Positions 23,501-34,664 of a stretch of 64,000 bases of DNA are shown here, piece by piece (the stretch's first letter is position 1; each line of letters begins with the position of its first letter). A program made the translations under genes and the position numbers. Source of the DNA: Macrostomum hystrix (taxonomy: Eukaryota; Animalia; Platyhelminthes). Location of the stretch: positions 22,258,001-22,322,000 of the forward strand of contig CATNEN010000001.1 of NCBI GenBank assembly GCA_950097015.1, in the 5' to 3' direction. Below the pieces are notes generated by a model, which had not been told where the DNA came from, ran no database searches, and saw nothing but the letters and a program-made list of their open reading frames with translations.

Positions 23501-25352
23501 CAATGGCCACCAGGACAGGCAGACTAGTCTAGTTGAGAGCAGGCCGCACATACTCACAATCATGAGGATGTTGAATACGGCGCTGCCAACGATGGTGCTG
23601 ACGCCGACGTCGCTCTCGGCGAAGAACACGCCGATGATTGACGTGAGCAGTTCAGGTGCCGAGCTGCTGCCGGCCATGAAGGTGGCACCGGCGACGTCCG
23701 GCTTCAGGTGCAGGGCTGCATCAGTTTTGGGGTTTTTTTTGTGGCGTAAATTGACTTGGTGGACAATAATCAAATCACTGCCGAGCTTAACTAACCATCA
23801 CACAGGACCTCCATGGACGCCAGGAAGTAGTCGTTGCAGACGACAGCTAGAGCGGCGAACAGCCAGACAGCCACCAGGACGTGAATGACAATGGCTCCCC
23901 GCTGCTTCTGCTCCAATGTGAACAGATCAGGCGGGTAGGTCTCTACAGAGCGCGGAGTGCACGAGTTGTGCGCGTGTACAAACAGCAGGTGCCGACTGTG
24001 AGATGCTGCGCCATCTTCCAGCTGGGCCGTAGAACCTGTGACAGTTAATTAGCCGAGTAAGAGAATGTGTTCCCCAAAACCGTTATATTACTGTTTCAGA
24101 AACGAGCTTTATCCCAGCAACCTGCAGCTCTGTGGTTAGAGCTGCTTTAACTACCAAATCTCAGCCTAATGGGAGCCATTGTGTCTTTAACCAGATGCTT
24201 AATTCCCCATCGCTATAGTTACCCCCTGCTCGATAAATTAGCTGAGTTAGTAAATCAGGGTGGGTGTGGTCTCCTACCCCAGTTCATGGACTGAACAGCT
24301 GCGCACAGGTAGCTCTGCGCAATAGCAAGTGTGTCCAGGTGAAAATTCTACCTGTCTACCTATCCTCAGAAAGCAAACTGTTCATATCTTTCATATTAAT
24401 TAGGTTTTACTTTTCTGCCACGGCATTCTCGTGTTCCGCGTCATTTTTTTGTTGACAGAATTGAGTCGCCCTGTACTGGGCTGTGAGGGCCGCAGTGGAC
24501 CGCTTGTTTACACCTGCAACTCCAGATCGACTGCGTACAAAAGATTACAAAACTGAGTTGGCGCGAGCCTTGTGAGCTCGTTTGCGGGGTAAAGGTCGAC
24601 TGCCACTTTGGGGTTCACAGTTGCTCTCTGTGCTTCTGCTTCTAGCTCCCCGCTTGTTATAAACACCTGCTTAACAAAATGGCTACGCAAGTTGCCTTAT
24701 TAAATCCATAGAATGTTCTTTTGTCACCTTAATATTCGTGTTCATGTCCTGGTCATGACATTATTAACGTGCACAGCAGGGAGGAGTGGCAGAGCGGTTA
24801 ACGAATTTGTTTTTTGCACCAAGGTCCATGAGTTCGATTCCATGGCGAGACCACATTGATTTGGGGCGCAGCCGCTGAGAGAAGGCATGGGGGCTTGTCG
24901 TGCAATTTACGCCCTTGAGGGCCAACTTCAAAGGCACAGAAGTGAAAGTGTACACTGCCTGACGATGAGAAAGTCAGGGCAGATGTACACCCCAGCGTAA
25001 GCGTGTGCCTGCGTACAGTATCTGTGAGCGTTTGTGCTCAGAACTGGCTGCGGGTCTAGTGTGACCAAATGATGTGCCACAGCCATCCTGCAAACAGTAT
25101 TATTATTATTAACGTGTACTATCAACTTTTCATTTTTATAACCATTCTGTCTTTAAACCTCAGATTTCCAGAAGTATCAAAATTCAGGAAATAAACTTCA
25201 GTGGTCAGAAAATAACGCTTACTGTCACCGTCTGCCAGGTGTTTGAACCCCAGACCGTAGACCGCCATACAGGTGAGCCAGGCAGACATAGCAACAACCG
25301 ACCATGTCCTGTCACGTCGTGGAATTCTAAATCGTTGCGATTGTGATGCCAT
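20566..25352 (-). CDS. SLC24A: SLC24/NCKX-family Na+/Ca2+(-K+) exchanger, paralogue A; exons 25223-25352, 23796-24035, 23427-23715, 22808-23043, 21325-21684, 20566-20900
   Basis: YPPDLFT, alpha-1 DVAGATFMAGSSSAPE, alpha-2 MGLTLLAAGTSVPD and AVSNSIGSNVFN; all junctions GT-AG and in frame. Confidence 0.92.
21035..21302 (-). mobile_element. SINE family 1, diverged and lacking the tail
   Basis: Matches the family consensus. Confidence 0.85.
21691..21730. mobile_element. hAT (Buster/Charlie-type) terminal inverted repeat and subterminal motif
   Basis: CAGGGGTCGGCAAACTT...GCGGGCCGCATTGAC, preceded by gtcTAtgg. Confidence 0.7.
21745..22348 (-). repeat. 17-bp minisatellite (same family as 2905), ~35 near-identical units
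   Basis: GAGACACGGGAGAGAT-type units on the + strand. Confidence 0.97.
22730..22783 (-). mobile_element. SINE family 2, 3' tail fragment
   Basis: TACACCTGCCC...GCCAGATGTGCAGCCGACAGCACAGCCGC matches 44060-44105. Confidence 0.75.
24128..24345 (+). mobile_element. SINE family 2, diverged
   Basis: TTGTGTCTTT, CCCAGTTCATGGACTGAACAGCTG and GCGCAATAGC motifs in the expected order. Confidence 0.6.
24780..25110 (+). mobile_element. SINE family 1
   Basis: Head, hairpin and tail present. Confidence 0.9.
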
Positions 25353-25907
25353 TGCGAACGAATAAAACAAATTTAGCACACAAATTTAATAAACCGAATC
25401 TCGACAAATGAAGTCTAATGTACAAAACATTCTTAAAAGTTTGTGTTTGCTAAATTCATTTTTTAATTATGAAAAAACTCTGCGAAAACACTGATCCAGG
25501 GCTGAGGAAAATGAAGCGAAAGTTTTTAACTTTGCGCCAATTTAAAGCATGTAAACTGGTGTGGTTGGACCAGATGAGGTAGATAGTATCTGTGTGTCTT
25601 CTGCAATAGACTCAATTTAGCAAGCTTTTATAAAGCAGGAAATTGTGCAGTGCAGTGTGCTCATATCTGTTCTCAAGCAGCCCCCACGGCGGTTAGCACC
25701 AAGCAGTTAGTCAATATCTATAATTTTTGTTACCTGTGCAATCTGTCACACAGAATAGCGCTGTCTGAGTTAAATACTTCAGCATTGTGCCTTGTGACAT
25801 TATTACACGAATTAAAAAAATGTATAACAAGTTTTTCAATCGGCCTTCAAAACTTAATTGGCTAAAAAAAATCTGGAAAACCTTGCTGTGAGAAAATTGA
25901 GACACAT

Positions 25908-26152
25908 GTTTGAGTGTGTGCTCAGTAGTAACCAAATGATGTGTCAGTATTAACAGCCCTCCTGAAAATATTACTATTTTTATTTAAATATAGTCTCGAG
26001 CATATAATTAATGCATACACAATAATAATTGAAGAAGGGCTGCAGGCAATGGCGCATCATTTGGTGACACTACCCAATTCTGCCCATTTCGCTGACTCCT
26101 GAGCACACACGCACACAGGTGCACACGCTCACACAGGTGTGTACATCTGCCT
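25908..26152. mobile_element. Two tail-to-tail 3' fragments of SINE family 1 (25908-25985 +, 26020-26152 -)
   Basis: CCAAATGATGTG...CAGCCCTCCTG and its reverse complement. Confidence 0.7.
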
Positions 26153-26569
26153 GACTAGGTATAAAGCCAGCTAGTCAAAAAAAATGCATGCAAACCAGAA
26201 AGTGCGAAACACAAACTAACCCCGGCCTTCAGGTGCCTCTAAACCCGTGAACTCAAATCTCTTTCTGACTTAAAGTACGTCCTGTTCGAACTTTTGTTCT
26301 ATAATTTCTTACAAAAAGTATCGTGTACTTTATTAGCTGTTCTGTATACCTTCTAGAGCTGTTGGTGTGAGATAAGCACATTACTGCTGAGTTGAGCATG
26401 CTTGTGCAATTGTAAGCGTTTAACATAGTTTTAACAGCAGATCAAATTAATTTTGTTAAATCTGAATCCGCTGAATCTGAATTTGAATCGATTTTTTAGC
26501 CAAGTTGGTGAGAGAGTCTGGGCAAAAGTACACCGTGGGCGAGTTTGCACCTGCTTAGGCGTTCCCTAA

Positions 26570-26645
26570 TGGAGCAGAGTCGGGAATCGAACCCCTGACC
26601 TTCAAGTCGTGAGTCCGACGCTCTAACCACTAGGCTACAATCCCT
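26570..26645 (-). mobile_element. SINE family 2 tRNA-like head
   Basis: Reverse complement GTAGCCTAGTGGTTAGAGCGTCGGACTCACGACTTGAAGGTCAGGGGTTCGATTCCCG has A and B boxes; same head at 44210-44275. Confidence 0.8.
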
Positions 26646-26963
26646 TCCACTGACGCTTAGCGCACAAGCGGTTACAGATTCGTAAAGAACAAGTGAAAAT
26701 TGGGATTCAAGCACACAACAGATCTTCCTCAGAATACCAGCTTTACTTAATAATGCGTATCTTCTAATTAGTATCATTTTCGCCCGAGTCCTTTGAACTT
26801 TATTGCTGGTAAAAGCACGCCTACGATACGCAAAAGAGTCTGAGAGCTCGTGTCAACTCAGCTGCAATCGATATGCCTGCTGAGTAAACAATATTTCATT
26901 CATCCGACCCTCCGACCTCCCACACGAAATGTTTTCCTTGCTGCTCTTCAACGAGGCAGACAC

Positions 26964-27788
26964 ATGAGCGTGTCGGGTTCCTATTGTGCCTCAGACCATG
27001 AATCACTAGGCTGTGTAAGGCTGTGTGGCTGGTGTGAATGTACTCGAGCTACATGCGATGCGAGAGCTATCGGACAATGGCTGACCTCTCTGTCTCGAAA
27101 GCGACCAACTGCTTCAAATACAAGTGTCTAGAAGGCAAGCTGACCAAAGCAGCAGTTGACAAACTTTTGAGCAGAAACGGGTCAGAGTACCAGCGCCTCT
27201 GAGAAAGCTCACGAGAGGCACACCTTGGTTTTGTTATGCAGCTGCACCTGCCGCCACTGCCTAGCAACTATTTTGATGGCCAGTTTCTGCCTCCAAGAAA
27301 GCGCCTCGAAGATGTTCAGCTGATCAGCTGCGATATGTCTCAGGAACTGGTGGAGCACATTGCTGACTCAGTGAGACTCATTCTCAACAGGCGCAAAGTC
27401 AATGAACAGGTGAGTTCTAGCCTGAAATATTCCTTTTCAATGCCGTATCGGATCGTAGGACCCGCGTCAAGCCAGCGAAAACTGTCCCACTCGGAAGAGC
27501 ATCTCAACAAGTTTCAGTCGACGTTGATCAGCAGAGCCCCCTCTTCGACCTCATAGCTGGAAGATCCTCTTCAACCACCCACAGCAAGATCCTCATCCCT
27601 GCGCCCCGCAGATTCTTCCAAGGGAGCTGAAGGAGGAGCTGGACGACAAGTTCGGTGCCAGCTGGCAGGTGGTGGTCACATCGGGTCAGTTCTGGGCCTG
27701 GTTCACTCACACGGCCGGCTTCTGTGTGGTGTTCAAGTTTCACAGGTACTGCTTCCTGGTCTGGCGAACAAAGTCCAGCGTAAAATGA
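26964..27788 (+). CDS. Dynein light chain (LC8-fold) domain protein; exons 26964-27014 (tentative), 27242-27409, 27612-27788
   Basis: VQLISCDMSQELVEHI...ELKEELDDKFGASWQVVVTSGQFWAWFTH...FLVWRT; phase-0 GT-AG junctions. Confidence 0.85.
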
Positions 27789-28207
27789 GACTGCACTTTC
27801 AACACGAACAATCGCTCCTGGCTGTTACCTCAGTGCCACATTTTCATGTATTGCGAGTCAGTTTTTGTAATGAGCATGTCACATGAGTGAATTCTTGCAT
27901 TCAAGTTTTGCACATGTATTGATAAAATAGAAAATCATTATTTACTTGTTCTTCAATCATAAAATGATGTACTTCAAAGTAGACAAGAAGTCTTCCCAAA
28001 CCGAAATAGCATCGAGATTGAGGTTAAAAGCGAGAGGTAAACGGGTGTCTAGATTGCAATAATAATTCTCTGTGAGCACGATATTTAGCTAGTGCTAGCC
28101 GTGCCATGCTCGTTGTGTATTTATCTATTTTCACGAGTCAGAATCCCAAAGAGATGCTGCACAAGGCTAATTACGAGCATTCGAGCGTACTTGAGTTACG
28201 GTACCTC

Positions 28208-28357
28208 TGAGGTTTGCCCTTAAGGGCAGAAATTAGACGACAAGCCCCCAAGCCTTCTCTCCGCCGCTGCGCCCCAAATGAATGTGGCCTCGCGCGGAAT
28301 CGAGCTCAGGGACCTTGGTGCGACGGGCAAATGCACAACCTGCTCTGCGGCTCGCCC
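28208..28357 (-). mobile_element. SINE family 1, 5' half
   Basis: Matches the family head. Confidence 0.85.
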
Positions 28358-28393
28358 TGTATAGCAAAGAAAGAGTAAATTAACAGTTCCGGT

Positions 28394-31300
28394 CTAAAGC
28401 CTTTGTCGGGGACACGGATCCGGGTTGAGCCGCCCAAACACGTTGGTCTCGTACAGACAGGCAAAGGTGACTACGACCAGGTACACGGCTAGAAACACGA
28501 AGCCAATCTTCTTGTCGATTTGCATTCGATTGCAGTGCACAGCTACCAGTAGAAAAATGACAGTCGACAGCAGGGTGATTGACGTGTAGGTCAGCCCGCT
28601 CGAGCTGATCACCACTGTGCTGCCTGGCTTCAGCAGGGCGGTGCTGATGAACCAGGGCAGGCCGAGGCAAGCCGTGATGTCAAAGACGTTGCTGGCGATG
28701 CTGTTCGCTATGGCCATGTCTGCTAGACCTGGCGATTTTGGTGGGGCCGTTACGGATATTTGGTTGCATACTAATGAATGTACATCTAGTTAATAAATAT
28801 CACTCTCAACGTCAGGGAGTTTTACATCGCCAAAACTGGCCTTGGCTTGTTCCCGAGACATATTTCACTCCCAACCGGGTGCTCCAGGTGTGGAAACTGC
28901 GGCGAACCACGTCACCTTCTGCCCGTTCTTTCAGCAAGTAGCACAGACATCATCTCGGAGTTGACGACTCTGGAGAGGATCCTCAAGCTCCACGCCTTCA
29001 TTCGCCAGACCGCCGGCAGGATAAAGATCGCCACAGCCGACCCAGCCAACCCGCCTAGCACTCAGCTGCACTCAACATTCACGGATTATGTCCACTGACT
29101 GGAGACTGTACGCTGAAGATAATTACTTAATTGAAGCTTCGGAATTGCAGCTTCTTTGACATGCTGACTGGGTGTTTTTGTTGAAGGTCCTGACTTTCGC
29201 AGCCGATGCTCCTGACGGCGATGAAGGGAACTCCGGTGGCTGGGATGCTGACACCAGCCTGGTGAATGCTGGGGGAATGTCCCTACGACAGATGGACTCA
29301 GATTATTGAACCAATATGGATTCACCATATGGTGCCATACGGTAGAGCAATGTTAGTTGCCTTGTCACCCGCGTCTTCGACAAAAACGTTGCATATCTAA
29401 ACGATGCTTTGAAAGTTCATCGTAATCGACGGAAATTTTTCCATATGGTGGACTCAGGGGAAAAATAGCGTGGCCATAAAATACTTTTTATAGCTACCCG
29501 AGGATATGAAATTCGAAATCTCCTCTCGTTGGTTCTCACCTCCCTTGGCAACAAATATGCCAGCCATGGCGTCGGGAATGCAGGTGCCGATGGAGAGCAG
29601 CGTCAGGCCCATCACTGTGTCCGGAATGCCCATTGCGTCACCGACTGCGCACACCATCCACACCAGCATGTAGATCAGGACGGAGATCCACAGTACGCTG
29701 ACAAGGAAGGTCAGGACGAAGAGCCTGCGCCAGATACCGGGCTTTCTGCAGTCCGGTATGGTGAAGTGGAATACGGTTGCCCATGGCAACGAGAAGAGCC
29801 AGTAGGCGCGACGCAAGCAGCCCAGCGGTGGTTGGAAAGGCGATGGCGGGCCTTCATTGGTCACTGGGCGCAGGATTGGTGTTGCGGAGCTTCGGTTTCA
29901 GCCATTCGAACTTGTGAAACTCTTTCAAAACACTAATAGGTGATCGGTGCTCAAAAAAATTGAGCTCTGATCTGTACCGAGCTCCTGAAGGTTGTTGTCG
30001 AAAAAGCAAACTCTCGCGTCGGAGGAAGGGCTTAGTGACAGAGTTTAACGCATTTTCCTATCGCACCAAGGTCCCTGAGTTCGATTCCACGGCGAGCCCC
30101 ACATTCATTTGGAGCGCAGCCGCGGAGAGAAGGCTTGGGGGGCTTGTCGTGCAATTACGCCCTTGAGGGCCAACCTCAAAGGCACAGTGAGAGTGTACAC
30201 TGCCTGACGAAGAGAATTCAGGGCAGATGTACACACCTGTGTGATTGTGTGCCTGCGTACAGTATCTGTGTGCGTGTGTGCTCAGGAGTCAGCGAAATGG
30301 GCAGAATTGCCTCTGACTGGCTGCGGGTCTAGTGTCATCAAATGATGTGCCATTGCCTGCAGCCCTCTTGCAGCTATTAAAATAATTATCATAACTCACG
30401 CGTGACTGCAGCTTCATCTCGCAAGCCTGAGGAAGCAGCTCCAGCCTCCTTATCTGTCTGTACATTCCGAATTTCTACTTGAACCGCTGTATTGCCGGTT
30501 TCCTCTAGCGGAACACCATCCGTGACGTCCATTTCCTCCGCCACCGGACTCAAATCCTGCTCAGCGGAACTGGCGCCGTAGAATCGCTTGACGCCACCGG
30601 TGCCCAGGCGGGGATAGCGGCTGGAGATGGCCGCATCAATGCGATCGTTGAACACCATCACCACGATGTAGATTGCGAACAGCACAAGCAGCACAACCGA
30701 TTCGTACCTTTGGTTTAGGTGCGTTCGAGTTGGTGGCATTGCAATTTGAAGTCAGTGTGCGTCATGCAACTCATGCAATTTCTAAGCAATATTGCACGAT
30801 TTAATTACAGACGGGACCTTGCGAATCCGAAGGCAGTTCCTTTTCAATTCCAGCTACGATTCCTTCTTCGATTCCAGCTACGATTCCTTCTTCGATTCCA
30901 GCTACGATTCCTTCTTCGATTCCAGCTACAATTCTTCTTCGATACCAGCTACGATTCCTTCTTCGATTCCAGCTACGATTCCTTCTTCGATACCAGCTAC
31001 GATTACTTCTTCGATGATAGCTACGATTCCTTCTTCGATTCCAGCTACGATTGCTTCTTCGATACCAGCTACGATTGCTTCTTCGATACCAGCTACGGCT
31101 CCTTCTTCGATACCAGCTACGATTGCTTCTTCGATACCAGCTACGGTTCCTTCTTCGATACCAGCTACGATTCCTTCTTCGATACCAGCTACGGTACCTT
31201 CTTCGATACCAGCTACGATTCTTCTTCGATACCAGCTACGATTCCTTCTTCGATACCAGCTACGGTTCTTTCTTCGATACCAGCTACGATTCTTCTTCGA

Positions 31301-33514
31301 TTCCAGCTACGATTCCTTTTCTATTCCGAAGACAGTTCCTTCTTCGATTGCAACTACGATTCCTTTTATCATTGCAGTTCTGAATCTAACAAACCCCTAT
31401 GCTAATTATGAAGCCCACCTGCTGGAGTTGCACCAGCGACTCACCAGGTAACGAGGCCATCGTGAATGACAGCGATGAGGACGGCAATGCTGAGGCAGTA
31501 GAAGCCACAGTCTCTAAACAATGGCCACCAGGATAGGTACACAATGCCGGTGGCAGCCAGGCCGCACAGGCTCACAATCATCAGATTGTTGAAGATGGCA
31601 CTGCCGACAATGGTGCTGATGCCAACGTCGCTCTGGGCGATGAAGACGCCGACAACGGCAGCCAGCAGTTCGGGCGCCGAGCTGCCAGCGGCCATGAAAG
31701 TGGCGCCCGCTACATCCGGCTTCAGGTGGAGAGCTGACAAAGGTTTCATGGAAGGAATCTTTTGATTGGCTTTACCGGTAGTACTAAAAATAACAGCACT
31801 AAAGCTGGCTACGATTAGTAAGCCATGTTAACGCACAATGGCTGCGACTGTGCCGTCGGCTGCACATCTTGCCCGAAAATAGTAATACTCGTAATACTCG
31901 TAATAATAATAATAATATGCTGGACAGCTGCGAGCAATGGCACATCATTTGTTGACACTAGACCCGCAGAAAGCGGGTGTACACTTCACTTCTGTGCCTT
32001 TGAGGTTGGCCCTCAAAGGCTTAAATTGCACAACAAGCCCCCAAGCCTTCTGTCAGCGGCTGCGCCACAAATGAATGTGGCCTCGCCGTGGAATCGAGCT
32101 CAGGGACCTTGGTGCGAGAGGCAAACGCGTTAGAACGCTCTGCTACCGACCCCCTCCCCCGACGAAAGATTTTGCTACCCAAAAAAGGTATGCCTCTTGC
32201 CCTATCAGCGCAGTTGTAATAAATTATTATAAATATTATATTTATCATTGCTAACTGCACTGTTAACTCACATTCGCAGACCACCTCCAGTGAAGCCACA
32301 AAATAGTTGTTGCAGACAACAGCCAGAGCTACAAACAGCCACACGGAGGCGAAGGCGTGAATGAGGATGGCGCCTTGCTGCTTCTGAGCCAGAGTGAACA
32401 GGTCCGGTGGGTAGGCCTCCACGGTGCGCGGCGTGCACGTCGATTCGTTGCTGGCATTGTGGCCAACTGCTCTGGATTGATTGCGCACTTGAACTTGTTT
32501 CGCTGCAATTTTTATTACTGATAGTAGAGCTAATCGAATATTGCGTGAATTCCTCACATGGCGGACTAGAAAATGTCGCCATGTGTTATGGCGGACCGCT
32601 AAGCTGTTGAGGGGTGGAGCGGCCACACTCTCAGCCGCTGATACTTCATTCTCATTTGGAGGCGGAAGATAATCTCACGATACTTCAGTAGTGAGGAGAC
32701 ACAGAAGAGATGAGACGGGGGAGACGGGAGGACATACGAACCCTGGACCCTGATTTAACAGCAGAAGGACTACTGGATTTTTTAAGTACCCATTGCCCAA
32801 TTCACGATAGCTACCAAACTGGATGACCGATTTTCGTGAAAGTTCAGCATAAAGATCTGCTAAATTGGGGGGTCGGTGGCAGAGCGGCTAAAGCGTTTGC
32901 CTCTCGCACCAAGGTCCGTAAGTTCGATTCCACGGCGAGGCCACATTTATTTTGGGCGCAGCCGCGGAGAGAAGGCTTGGGGGGCTTGTCGTGCAATTTA
33001 CGCCCTTGAAGGCCAACCTCAAAGGCGAATTCATGTTGGTCAATAATATTATAATTTACGAGCACAATATAATCAGCAACAATAGCCGACTAGGTTGCTT
33101 GACGAAGTTTAGTGAGCAAGAAAACTAAGGCCTATCTTGGTGGTTTTTTCCACCTGACACCCCGATTAGAATCGTTGAATATCTCGCCGATGCCCGATGT
33201 TTTGTCATTCTGTATGTTGTTCTATCGAATAGAGATTTTGTGAGTTTTCATGCCGATTGGTTGAATACTTTGGAAGATGCAGAAAAAAGGTGCGTATTTG
33301 AAATACCTCGTGGTCCTTCTACTTTTAAGGGCTCACCTTGATGCGCTGCTGGCTGCAGATCCAATTTGGCTTCACTGAAAATTACTTCAGTTTTCAAATT
33401 AGTTTTCGAACTGACAAACGATGCTGTGAAGGCCAGGCTGCCAACCAGAGACAGCAGACAGCACAGCAGGCGGACATTGTTGAGCCCATTCGATTGACAA
33501 ATTGATGACGTCAT
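28394..33514 (-). CDS. SLC24A: SLC24/NCKX exchanger, paralogue B; exons 33337-33514, 32272-32637, 31445-31733, 30400-30707, 29540-29863, 28394-28728
   Basis: DVAGATFMAAGSSAPE, MGLTLLSIGTCIPD, AIANSIASNVFD; same exon number and intron phases as paralogue A. Confidence 0.92.
28850..29060 (+). mobile_element. Possible 3'-terminal non-LTR retrotransposon fragment (Cys/His finger remnant)
   Basis: GC-rich intronic stretch reading GCSRCGNCGEPRHLL...LHAFIRQTAGR. Confidence 0.3.
30026..30388 (+). mobile_element. SINE family 1, full length
   Basis: Matches the family consensus. Confidence 0.9.
30845..31320 (+). repeat. 24-bp minisatellite TTCTTCGAT(A/T)CCAGCTACGATTCC
   Basis: Tandem units in NCKX-B intron 3. 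Confidence 0.95.
31825..32155. mobile_element. SINE2 tail fragment (+, 31825-31885) abutting a SINE1 copy (-, 31900-32155)
   Basis: GGCTGCGACTGTGCCGTCGGCTGCACATCT, then an AAT run, then the reverse-complement SINE1 body. Confidence 0.8.
32868..33026 (+). mobile_element. SINE family 1, 5' half
   Basis: GGGGTCGGTGGCAGAGCGG...GTTCGATTCC. Confidence 0.9.
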
Positions 33515-34664
33515 GCTTGAAACAGTTCTTAGCGGGCCTTCCTAACTTTACAGCTATACTTATCGATGAATCGCAGGAAGCAACACTAAAATCGCTGGCT
33601 TTCATTGAACTGAAATAATACTTATGAAAACAAAACTTTCACCAGCTGATAGGTTCGAATTTTCTGACCTCGAGGCCACAATTTATTCTTCTTAGATTAA
33701 CTATTTCGTATGCGCACAGGAGTGAATTCTGCTTATAAAAGAATCTAGTTAGTGGAATTTTTGTTAGATAGCGAACGGGCGGCAAGAAAAAATGTACAGA
33801 TAACAATCTTAGTGGCTTTGGCACAGGGGGGACATTTTACGGGTCACACTGAAATATCAAATTTTCAACAATTGACTAGTTACTGTCGGGTGTACATCGA
33901 CGCGGGAAATGTCAAATGTCAAATCTGTCGCAAGCAGTTTGTAACCATCTGGCCCTGAGAAGGTCGAAATCTCCGTAGACTCATCGACTATGATTGCTGT
34001 GACCCTTTTATCACCTTGTGATGCGTCTTTCATGCGAATCTGCGGAGCCTGTTTCGAATTTACCTGCCATACCTTCGCAAGTACAGAGCACAAAAAATGT
34101 CTATCCCTGGCGAGGTCTGTATCTATGATTGTCGAGCTACCTACGAACCGGTAATAACTGGTGTATAGCTTCTTGTCATAGCTTTCGACATTGAAAACCC
34201 CGCTCTTTTGACAAGCTAAAGGCGAAGTGTCCCCTCATTCTCAGTTTTAGCAGGGGTCTTGCGGTAACTGTACAAAGATGGGCCAACAGATTGTAAAGAA
34301 GGTGAGAGTCTAACTAGATATTATTTTGAAAATGATGGTACGAGACAAATTTAAGCAGAGTGAGTGAAATTTTAATTGCGATCCGGCCATCGTGCAAGAA
34401 AATATATGACGAAGACAGACTCAGCACTCTACCTTTGTATTGAATGTACTCTGAATGAGCGCGCTAGTGAACTTTTGGCGTGCCTTAAAGCACAGAGAAG
34501 CGCATAATACGCTCGTAGCAGGAAGGTTTCGTCTCCCTGCTACCTTCTGCTACACCATCAGCGATATGTCGCTTCCAGTGTGCTTAAATTCAAACGGCGC
34601 CAGTGTACAGAACGCAGAACGGGACCCATAGCGACACCGCTACTGAGCAACTGCAGCAATATCC

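Noticed and set aside
26570-26645. Genuine tRNA gene
   Set aside because: A and B boxes are present but the acceptor stem does not pair, and the same head is attached to SINE bodies elsewhere in the window.
29777-29791. X-box-like GTTGCCCATGGCAAC
   Set aside because: Lies within an NCKX-B coding exon (LPWAT codons), far from any predicted start; probably coincidental.
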